A stretch of 64,000 bases of DNA from assembly GCA_027858955.1 (NCBI GenBank), contig JAQIBR010000205.1, positions 3,845-67,844 on the forward strand, read 5' to 3'. Source of the stretch: Bacteroidales bacterium (lineage in GTDB: Bacteria > Bacteroidota > Bacteroidia > Bacteroidales > UBA12170). Under the pieces are notes generated by a model. That model was not told the origin of the DNA. It saw only the letters and a program-made list of their open reading frames with translations, and did not search any database. The translations under genes and the position numbers were made by a program. The first letter of the stretch is position 1; each line of letters begins with the position of its first letter. Positions 1-9,200 of the stretch are shown here, one piece after another.

Positions 1-1
1 T

Positions 2-565
2 CCTTCCGGTTCGGGAAAAACCACTTTGTTAAATATAATTGGAATGTTAACAAAACCCGATAAGGGAGAAGTGTTCTTTAATGGACATGATATCACAAAA
101 CTGGATGCTGACAGCGCTGCGTTTTACCGAAACAGAAAAATCGGGTTTATTTTTCAGGACCATCTCTTGCTTCCTCATCTTACAATATTCGAAAATATTA
201 TGCTTCCTCTATTGGCAAACAAGGAAAGCAGGAAAAGCAGTGAAGATGCTTCAAAATACGCCATTTCTTTAATGGATAAAACCGGAATTATAGATCTTAA
301 AAACAAATTTCCCGGACAGGTTTCAGGAGGTGAAGCTCAACGTGCAACTTTGGTGCGCGCTCTCATCAATAAACCGGACCTAATTCTTGCCGATGAGCCA
401 ACAGGTTCTCTGGATTCGGACAATGCGGAATTGATGGCAACTATTTTGGTTGAATTGAATAAGGAGTTGGGAACTACTTTGATTGTCGTTACGCATTCAG
501 ATAGTCTGGCATCAAAAATGCAAAAGAGAATGCAAATAGATAAAGGAGTTTTAAAACTTGCTTAA
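2..565 (+). CDS. ABC transporter ATP-binding protein (LolD/MacB-like), 5' end runs off the window
   Basis: The frame is open from base 2 (PSGSGKTTLLNIIG = Walker A). It also has the VSGGEAQR signature, LILADEPTG Walker B and VVTH H-loop. Confidence 0.9.
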   Translation, partial: PSGSGKTTLLNIIGMLTKPDKGEVFFNGHDITKLDADSAAFYRNRKIGFIFQDHLLLPHLTIFENIMLPLLANKESRKSSEDASKYAISLMDKTGIIDLKNKFPGQVSGGEAQRATLVRALINKPDLILADEPTGSLDSDNAELMATILVELNKELGTTLIVVTHSDSLASKMQKRMQIDKGVLKLA

Positions 566-572
566 AAAAAAT

Positions 573-654
573 CTTGGTGTGCCTTTGTGCTATCCTTAGC
601 GTGACTTAGTGGTAAAAAAATTAACCACAAAGTGCATCACAAAGGAGCACAAAG
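573..654. repeat. Periodic inverted heptamer array (CTTWGTG-like x4, then CACAAAG x3)
   Basis: Heptamers start at 573, 583, 595, 605 and inverted copies at 626, 638, 648, around a GTGGT/ACCAC stem. Confidence 0.7.
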
Positions 655-681
655 CTGACCAAAATTATAAATGCAATTACA

Positions 682-3600
682 ATGCGAAAAGGAATTTTAA
701 ATACGATATTCAGGTCGCTCATTTATTACAGAGCCCCGCTCTTTTTTCAGTTTCTTATAACTGCTTTTTTAGCAGCAATTATTGCTGGTTCTTTGCTTAC
801 AGGAAGCTCCGTAAGGCAAACCTTAAAAGCAAACACTGAGAAGAAGCTGAATAATGCTGGGATAGTAATCAGTTCTGGCTTAAGGTATTTCAATCCTGAA
901 TTAAGCGAAAAACTTCAGCAAAGAATAAATACTAGCTGTGTTAGCATACTTGAACTAAAAGGTTTTAGCAGCAATTTCAGCACAGGAGAATCTGCGATAA
1001 ATGTTCAAATTTTTGGAGTTGGTGTTGATTTTTTTAGTTTTAATCTGAATAATTCGACTAAAGATATAAAACCGGGTGAAGCACTCATTAATAATAAACT
1101 AGCCGAAAGACTGAATATTAATCTTGGCGACGAAATCATTATTCGATTCGAAAATATATCAAACATTCCACTAAATGCACCTTTTGCGCCCGAAGAAGAC
1201 CCAACGGAATCGATAATCCTCACAGTTGGAGGAATAGCGGATGATGATTCTTATGATAAATTCACTCTTAGAATAAGCCAGCTAAAGCCTTTAAATATTT
1301 TCTTAAATCTTTCCGACCTAGAAGATGCATTTGAAGGCGATATTAAGGTCAATCGCTTGCTTATAGAAAGCAATACAGCTACTTCCATCGAAAGTGTGGA
1401 AAATGCTTTAAGAGAATTTCTTTCGCTTGATGATGTTGGTTTGCAAATCAGAAAGATTGAAGATTTAAATCAATATGAAATTATCTCCGAAAGGATTTTT
1501 ATTGATAAAGATGTAATCGCAGAAATTACAAATGCTTCTCCTAAGGCAACTCCACTAATTACTTATTTGGCAAACAGCATAGCTGTGAATGGCAAAGCAA
1601 CTCCATATTCTTTTGTCTCTGCAATTCCAGTGAAATTATCTTCGGAAAGCCCACAAGGGAAAAATATTACAATCAATAACTGGCTTGCTCAGGACCTAAA
1701 TGCCAAGCCCGGCGATACACTTGTATTGAATTATTATGTGAGTGATTCTAAGAACACTATTTCAGAAGAATCATCGAAATTTATTGTCGATAAGATTGTA
1801 AATATGGAGAATCTTTGGGGAGATGCTATGTTAATGCCTGAATTTCCGGGAATTTCCGGAACCGAAAGTTGCTCCAATTGGGATGCTGGTGTTGCAATTA
1901 ACTTCGATAATATCAGAGATAAAGATGAGGATTATTGGAACGATTTTAAAGGAACACCTAAAGCATTTATAAATTATACCGAAGGCGTTAAAATCTGGGG
2001 CAATAATTTTGGTCCTGCAACAGCATTACGATTCTCCGATACATCGAAAGAAGAAGTTATTGCGGATTTATCAGGGATGCTAAATCCCGGAAAATTAGGA
2101 TTCTCAATTACCGATTCTTATGCCGATGGTATCCAAGCTGCCAACAGCGGAGTTGATTTTTCGACCCTCTTTCTGAGCCTTAGTTTTTTTATCATTGCTT
2201 CCGCCATCTTACTTTTGTCGCTGCTGGTTTCATCCTTTTTCGAAAGTAGGAAGAAACAGGTAAAAACACTATTCTCTTTGGGATTCAAGAATAACAGCAT
2301 TGCTAACATGCTTTTGTTCGAAACAGCTTTAATTTCATTTATAGCTTCCTTGTTAGGTGTTTTCCTTGGTGTTCTTTTCAACGATATCATCATTTATGCG
2401 CTTAATTCGGTTTGGGAAGGAGCCGTGCAAACAAATACCCTGTCCGCATATACAGATTTCGGGATGCTGTCCATAGCTTTTATTAGCACTTTTCTTATTT
2501 CACTTATTGTTTTATTTGTCAAGATCAAAAGTTTTTTGCGCAGCCTAAACGATGATAAAGCAAAGGAAAGCAATAGCCGAAATGTAAAATATATTCAGTG
2601 GCTTTTTCCTTTTTCAATTTTATTGGCCATCCTTCCGTTTTTAGCGACTTTCATTTTTCCCGATAAAACAACGATGCTGTTTTTTCTGGGAGGGAGTTTA
2701 GTTTTTATTAACCTCTTGCTATTTTTTAGATGGATCATTCGATTTTCCTCACCCGATAGTGATGAGTCGCTAATATCGCTGAAAAAATATTCCTGGTTCT
2801 ATTACGCGTTTTATCCATCCAAGGCCTTAAGTCCGATCATTTTTATCGCTGCAGGACTTTTTATTATCATTATCACAGGAGCCAACAGAAAGAGTTTCGA
2901 TCTCGATTATCTGTCAAACAAGAGTGGAACCGGAGGCTATATGTTCTGGGCTGAAACAATGAGCCCGATAAAGGAGAATCTTAATTTTCCTGCAGATAGA
3001 ATAAAAACAGGACTTGATCAGGACGCTTTTGCCGACTTATCATTTTTGCAAGCCCTGAAGCTGGAAGGCGATGATGCTAGCTGTCTCAATCTGAATCAGG
3101 TTGCTGTTCCTTCTGTTTTAGGTATCGATAGCGATATTCTTGCCGAAACGGAATCTTTTTCGTTTGCCGCTGTTTTGGAAGATTTAGCACTTGCCAATCC
3201 TTGGGATGCCCTAAAGATTCCTGCTAAAGAAAATGTTATCTATGGAATTGCCGATCAAACAGTCCTGATGTGGGGATTGAAAATGGCCATTGGCGATACT
3301 TTATCTATAATTGCAGAAAGCGGCGAAGCATTGCATATTGTATTCGCAGGCGGATTAAAACCATCGGTCTTTCAGGGCTCCATTCTTATTGGCCGCGAAA
3401 ACTTCAGTCGATTTATGCCTTCCATAGCCGGTAGTACTCTATTTCTGGCAAGAGGAAATCCGGATAAAAAGGAGGCCTATAAAGTTGATCTCAATAATTT
3501 GTTCAATAGCTACGGTCTGCATATTGAATATACCGAAGATCGTCTTTCCTCTTTTTACGAGGTTACCAATACCTATCTCACTGTGTTTATGACGCTTGGC

Positions 3601-3948
3601 GGCTTAGGAATGGTCTTGGGTATTTTTGGTCTTGGATTGATTATGATGCGAAATATCGATTCCAGAAAAAGTGAGTATGCCTTCCTTATCGCAAATGGAT
3701 TTACAACCAAAAAGCTGAGGTTTATGGTTTATAAGGAATATTCGATGATACTTTTTGCAGGAATTATTACGGGCACTTTGCCTGCAATTATAGCCACACT
3801 GCCATCATTGCTAACAGGAGTTGAGATTCCCTGGACGCTTTTAGTTTCTATCATTTTAATAATTTCATTAACGGGAATAATTATCATTAAAATATCTGCC
3901 GATAGGCTAATAAAAAACGAGCTTATTGGATTGATTAGGAAAGATTGA
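682..3948 (+). CDS. Large FtsX/MacB-type ABC transporter permease (two FtsX domains, 1088 aa)
   Basis: N-terminal TM, large periplasmic domain, TM cluster, second periplasmic domain and C-terminal FtsX-like TMs (ERKxE-like motifs SRKKQ, SRKSE). It follows a LolD-like ATPase. Confidence 0.8.
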   Translation: MRKGILNTIFRSLIYYRAPLFFQFLITAFLAAIIAGSLLTGSSVRQTLKANTEKKLNNAGIVISSGLRYFNPELSEKLQQRINTSCVSILELKGFSSNFSTGESAINVQIFGVGVDFFSFNLNNSTKDIKPGEALINNKLAERLNINLGDEIIIRFENISNIPLNAPFAPEEDPTESIILTVGGIADDDSYDKFTLRISQLKPLNIFLNLSDLEDAFEGDIKVNRLLIESNTATSIESVENALREFLSLDDVGLQIRKIEDLNQYEIISERIFIDKDVIAEITNASPKATPLITYLANSIAVNGKATPYSFVSAIPVKLSSESPQGKNITINNWLAQDLNAKPGDTLVLNYYVSDSKNTISEESSKFIVDKIVNMENLWGDAMLMPEFPGISGTESCSNWDAGVAINFDNIRDKDEDYWNDFKGTPKAFINYTEGVKIWGNNFGPATALRFSDTSKEEVIADLSGMLNPGKLGFSITDSYADGIQAANSGVDFSTLFLSLSFFIIASAILLLSLLVSSFFESRKKQVKTLFSLGFKNNSIANMLLFETALISFIASLLGVFLGVLFNDIIIYALNSVWEGAVQTNTLSAYTDFGMLSIAFISTFLISLIVLFVKIKSFLRSLNDDKAKESNSRNVKYIQWLFPFSILLAILPFLATFIFPDKTTMLFFLGGSLVFINLLLFFRWIIRFSSPDSDESLISLKKYSWFYYAFYPSKALSPIIFIAAGLFIIIITGANRKSFDLDYLSNKSGTGGYMFWAETMSPIKENLNFPADRIKTGLDQDAFADLSFLQALKLEGDDASCLNLNQVAVPSVLGIDSDILAETESFSFAAVLEDLALANPWDALKIPAKENVIYGIADQTVLMWGLKMAIGDTLSIIAESGEALHIVFAGGLKPSVFQGSILIGRENFSRFMPSIAGSTLFLARGNPDKKEAYKVDLNNLFNSYGLHIEYTEDRLSSFYEVTNTYLTVFMTLGGLGMVLGIFGLGLIMMRNIDSRKSEYAFLIANGFTTKKLRFMVYKEYSMILFAGIITGTLPAIIATLPSLLTGVEIPWTLLVSIILIISLTGIIIIKISADRLIKNELIGLIRKD
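3847..3948 (+). repeat. Direct repeat copy 1 (last 102 bp of the permease gene)
   Basis: Gap-free alignment to 21322-21423 with 14 mismatches in 102 bp by manual count. Confidence 0.9.
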
Positions 3949-3967
3949 TAAAATGTGAGCGTTTTTT

Positions 3968-4060
3968 CTTTGAGCAACTCTGTGAGTTCTTTGAGAAGCT
4001 TTGTGTTACAGATTTTTAATGTAAAGTTTTGCCACAAAGTCGAACAGAGCATGCACAGAT
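3968..4060. repeat. Periodic inverted heptamer array (CTYTGWG x4, then MACARAK x3)
   Basis: Left heptamers at 3968, 3978, 3989, 3999 and right at 4033, 4043, 4054, with mirror spacing 10/11. Confidence 0.7.
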
Positions 4061-4076
4061 TAAAAATAATTGATTT

Positions 4077-4461
4077 TTATCTAAAATGAACCTCCATTTC
4101 TTTTAAGAAATCTTTATCAATCCTGCCTGCCGCTACATGGTAACTAATAGTTTCCATTTTGTATAAAAACCTTTGTGCAGCATCTAAATATCCATTTTTT
4201 AAGAGGAAAATACTTCCTAGAGAAATAGCAATCCGTTTGTTACCATCTTGAAAACAATGACTTTTATTTGCTGCAAAAAAAAAGATGGGTTAACTTGTCA
4301 ATAAAAGTTGGATAATATAGGTCATTTTGAACATGTTCAAGAGCTGCATCTAATGACCCGATATTTATAATACCAATAGCTCCACCTCCACTAATAGCAA
4401 TTGTCTTTTTGTGAATATTGATAACATCTTGTATGTCTGTAATGTAGATTATTGTATTCAT
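4077..4461 (-). pseudogene. Doc/Fic family toxin, frameshifted in a 9-nt homopolymer
   Basis: Removing one base from the A9 run at 4275-4283 joins the 65-aa ORF to FFAANKSHCFQDGNKRIAISLG...HFR* (stop 4077-4079), 127 aa in total. HxFxDGNKR is the Doc-type motif. Confidence 0.85.
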
Positions 4462-5461
4462 TCACTATCCTTTAACCTTTTAAAAACATCTTTAGCCTCT
4501 TCCAGTTGTTTTTCGAAATTCACACTTTGTTCTCCAAGGAATCTTTCAAAATCGGCAGGTGATATTGAATGTATATATTCTTCAAGTTTTTTATGGAATG
4601 CATCTCTAAAATGCAAATCTCTTGAAGCCATTTTAATTCGTGCATCTTCAATATGTGGACGTTGAAGTGGATGTTCCGAAAAATATATAAAAATCTCATC
4701 TATCTGGTGTGGTTGTAATTTGCGACCAACTTTCTTATAGCATTTTTCTATTTCGTATGCTATTCCTGTTTCAAATGAAGCAACTAGATTTAAAATCTCA
4801 GCATACATTGTATCACGTGCATTCTCTTTAGCTTCAAGTTTTAGTATTTGTTTGTACTCTTGGGCATTTTCTATAAATATGCTTTGGTAAATTTTATCAG
4901 TATATAAAGAATACTTATAATTTCCCATATCTACATATCTGCTTAATGTAGAGGTAAATTCTTTACGATACTTGCTTTCACGTATAGCTGTTGGTAAATA
5001 GTCTGAATCTTTCCGGTTTATATACTTTGTACCTCCACCTGTTCGGTCATTAATTGTTTCAATAACAATATCTAGCATTTTAGAGCGTAATAACTTGGCA
5101 TTATCACTTTCAGCTAAAAGCATTCCTAAATTCAAAAAAGCTCGAAAATTAAAAAGTCCAAGTTGGGTGGTTTTGCTCGGGACATTTATGACATGACCAA
5201 ATTGCAACTTTAAGTCTTTTAATTGTTTACCCTTACTTAAAATATATCCATTGTGTTTTAATTCGTGGTTATAATTCTCAAGATATCTTTTAATAGTTCT
5301 TTCATCAACCCCATAAAAGCCGCTACCATTTGAATGGTAAATTTATATTCTTCCTCAAATAACATTCCTGATAAACCTACATATTCTTGAATTTTTTCAA
5401 GTGCAAAACGGTTATTTAGAATATTTTGCCTGTCAATATTTGAATCTGTTAAGTTTTTCAT
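4458..5461 (-). pseudogene. Doc-associated DNA-binding protein (RhuM/KilA-like N-terminal HTH), frameshifted
   Basis: Adding one base to the A4 run at 5315-5318 fuses ORFs 5258-5461 and 4458-5207 (..VAAFYGVDERTIKRYLENYNHELKHNGY..), 334 aa. Its stop overlaps the doc start (ATGA). Confidence 0.8.
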
Positions 5462-5476
5462 TTTTTTACCTTTTTA

Positions 5477-5484
5477 CAAAGATA
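5477..5484 (-). promoter_or_regulatory. Bacteroidota sigma70 -7 element for the DNA-binding/doc pair
   Basis: TATCTTTG (TAnnTTTG) on the minus strand, 15 bp upstream of the ATG at 5461. Confidence 0.6.
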
Positions 5485-5554
5485 CTTATTTTGCACAATG
5501 CTCTTTTTTACAATGAGAGGTAAGTTACAGATATCATCTAGAGGAAAAACCTTC

Positions 5555-6259
5555 TTAAACAAACTTCTCTCGCCTCTGCAAATTAACCATACTGCCTAAA
5601 ATGGCGATAACTGAAACGATAATAAGCATCAATCGGTTTTGATTAATCACATTCTGCCAAACGGTATGACTTAAATTAGACGGTGTATTCAATGGATTTA
5701 AGAAGATATTCCATTTGCTATATTCCAGAGGTTCAGCAAGTATAAAAAAGAACAGTCCAATAATGACCATAATTACTGCTGTGGCATTGGCATTCTTTAC
5801 CCATGTGGAAAAGAAAAAGGCCACACCGGCAATAAATAGCAGGGGATACATCAATTGATAGCTCAAGTAAAAAACGTGAACTTTAACCAAGGCGAAAACG
5901 GCGAACCAACTCATTAAAAGCAAAATTACAAACAAGAGTAATAAGCTGATGGCAAAGCGGAGAAGATAGACTTTATAACGGTAGTTTGGAACCCCAAATA
6001 TTATTTCGAGCATCCTGGCATCTTTATCATTTTGGATGCTGAAAATCACCGGATAAAAGATGACTAATATTCCAGGGAACAGGATGGTATTGTAGATCTC
6101 AAATTCCTGGACAGCATCATCATCAAATAACATAATGCCTATAATCATTAAATAAAAGGCCACAGCTGCGATTAAGAAGTAAATAAACTTACTTCCGAAA
6201 ACAATTTTTAGATTGTAAATCAAAGCATCTTTTACCAAATGTAGTTTTTCAAGTTTCAT
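5555..6259 (-). CDS. ABC-2-type membrane protein (about 6 TM)
   Basis: Hydrophobic 234 aa with an ABC-2-like TM pattern. It starts 2 bp after the RND-ATPase fusion stop. Confidence 0.65.
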   Translation of the reverse strand: MKLEKLHLVKDALIYNLKIVFGSKFIYFLIAAVAFYLMIIGIMLFDDDAVQEFEIYNTILFPGILVIFYPVIFSIQNDKDARMLEIIFGVPNYRYKVYLLRFAISLLLLFVILLLMSWFAVFALVKVHVFYLSYQLMYPLLFIAGVAFFFSTWVKNANATAVIMVIIGLFFFILAEPLEYSKWNIFLNPLNTPSNLSHTVWQNVINQNRLMLIIVSVIAILGSMVNLQRREKFV

Positions 6260-6261
6260 AT

Positions 6262-9200
6262 CTACAAGCCCCTTTTATTTGTGTTTAATAAACTTAAATA
6301 GGCATCTTCAAGATTGGCTTTTACAGATTTCGCATCCGCTGATGGAGCCTCATCAGCTAAACATCTTATGCGAATCTGATCGCCATCGCGCATGTGATGA
6401 ATTATCTTTAGATTGTCTTTTATATCATCAAATTCATCAGCTGGAATAGTCATCATCCAAACTTTGCCATCGGCTTTACCGGCCATATGAATAGGAGCAC
6501 CTAAATATTTTAGTTCGCCTTCTTTAATGACTGCCACACGATTACAAGAAGAGGCAACATCTTCGATAATATGTGTGGAGAAGATGACAATTCTTTCCTT
6601 GCTTAGTTCCACCAATAAATTACGGAAACGGATTCTCTCTCTTGGATCTAATCCGGCAGTTGGTTCATCTACAACAAGGATTCGAGGAAGATTCAGTAGA
6701 ATCTGGGCAATCCCAATACGTTGTTTCATTCCCCCTGAAAAGGAGCCTATCTTTTCGTTCCGATTGTCGAACATATGTACCGATTTTAGCACATAATCAA
6801 TCCTTTTTGAACGTTCTTCTTCATTATAAAGCTTTTTCAGAATACCCATATAATGCAAGAAATCGATGGCTTTCATATTTTCATACATGCCAAATTCCTG
6901 AGGGAGGTAACCGATCAAACCTTGCAGCTCTTCTCGTTTTTCTGAAACATCGATTCCATTGATGGTAATCTGACCATAACTTTGTTCCAATATTCCACAG
7001 ACAATGCGCATAAGTGTAGATTTACCAGCACCATTTGGACCTAGCAAGCCAAACATTCCTTTTTCTATGGTAAAGGAAACTCCTTTAACAGCTTTAAAGG
7101 GGACTTTCTTTTTTCCAATAATGGGGATGATTTTTACAAAGCGATAAAACGCCTTTCGGATGCCTTTAAACTTTCCTTTTAAGCGATTGACATTTACTTT
7201 TTCTTTATAAATTTTATCCGATGTAACCTTAATTAAAATAGCCAAATACCAAAGGAATCCCATCGGAATGATTAATCCAATCAAATCGTATTTTGCATTG
7301 AATAGATAGAGTGCAAAAGCAGGAAATCCCCAGAAAAGCATTTTGTAAGTGAACATAAACAAGAGCCTGATGAGCTTTCGTTTTTCCAAATCTTTAAGAT
7401 GCTGCGCATAGTGCTTGAATGGCGTTAAAATGCTTATAATAATTATATAAAGGAATACCGGTAAGAGAAAAGACCACAATCCGCTTTCTAAATGAAAATA
7501 GATGAAATAGATGCCAAAGGCGATTAACGGAAGTTGCCATAAGACTTGCTCAAAATCATTGATAGACTTGACTTCGTGAACTATACCAAGTCGTTTTCTG
7601 ATATTAATACCTGATTTCCATTCTCGTGTAAATTGACTGTCCCAATCGTAAATCTTAACCAGATTCCGAATATTAATAACCAAATCTTCATCTTCTCCGA
7701 TTAGCTTTTCTGAAGCCTGACGCAAACTGGTTTGTATAAAATATATAGTAACCGGAACACCGATAAGCAATACCAAATAGTCGATGAGTTGCCAGATTAT
7801 TGAATCGACTTCGGTATAGATGAGGTAGCCAAATCCTATATAAAGTACGCTCAGGATCAGCTTATTAGGGATTGATAATCCTTTTATCCATGCTAGTGAG
7901 CTTTGTAATCCAGAATATAAAGTTGGAATAAAAACCAGAGTCAGTATGGTGCTGATTGTTAGTCCGCCGATAACTGTAATTGCAAACGGCACACCGATTT
8001 GAGTTACATATTCGGCTTTGCCGAGAGCTAAAGGAATCAAGGCAATAATGGTGGTAATTGCCGTAATTAATATCGGCCTAACGCGAGCCAGTCCTGCCAT
8101 CATCAATGACCGGGTCTCGGTATATCCGCGTTTTTGGAGTACACGTGCATAATCGATCATAATAATCCCGTTATTCACCACAATTCCAAGCAAAATGAGG
8201 AAGCCTGTCAGCACATTTGCATTCATTAAGGATGTGCCCGTTAAGACCAATAATACCAATGAACCGATTGCTGCCAAAGGAATGGAAAACATCATCACCA
8301 CTGGAATTGTAAAGGATTCAAAAACTGATGCGAGTATCATATAAATCAAAACAAAAGCCATAAAGAGTAAGAAGCCAAATTCCGCCAATTGATTATCTTC
8401 ATGCTCAACTTCGATGGCCATATTTGAAGGTAGTTTTATCTTTTCAATGGTTTCATCAATCTCTAAACGAGCCGCTTCTAACAAATCATTGTCATCCGAA
8501 ATTTCAGATAAAAAAGAATAGGATAGCGTAAGTTGTTTTTCTTGATTGCTTCGGCGGATAGTGGACAGCCCTTGTGTAAAATTAAAACGACTAATATCTT
8601 GCATCTCAAAAGAGGTGCCCTGAGTTCCGCGTATATCCAGTTTTCGAAGATCGTCAACATTTCGTTCTTCTTGTTTATCATTACCAATGGTTTTGATGCG
8701 GATATCATAATCTTCCGTTCCTTGTTTAAAGGTAACACCGGTGGAGAACTCATGCTGGAAGGAATTTAATTCCGACATTACATTAGCTAAAGGAATATCA
8801 TAGGCAGCTAATAATTGCTTATCCATGTTAAGCTGAAGCTCCGGTCTCTTGTTTGGAATTCGGATATTGATGCGATTGATCGATGATAATTGCTCAATAT
8901 AGTATTTAACATCATTGGCCAGATTTAGCATCTGATCAAAATCTTGTCCTTTAATAATGATACTTTCGTTTTGGGAGCCTATTCCAAGAATGCTTCCAAA
9001 GTCATCTGCTTCATCGAAGCCACCATTTCCAAACCGACCACCAGAAGTAGGAGGGTCCCAGCTAAAATCGGCTAGAGGTAAATCGTCTATTTTCTCAAGG
9101 ATTTCATTTTTAATGGAAGGAATAGAAGAATTCCGAATCCCCTTATAGTCTTTTAAAAGCTTGATAGTTAATATGGCTTCTCCTTCATAAACCTGACTTA

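Noticed and set aside
609-839. 76-aa ORF starting in the heptamer array
   Set aside because: It overlaps the repeat and the permease in another frame and has no protein features.
4275-4283. Programmed ribosomal frameshift as the explanation for the split doc gene
   Set aside because: No stimulatory structure was seen and the partner gene is also broken; mutation, slippage or assembly error is simpler.
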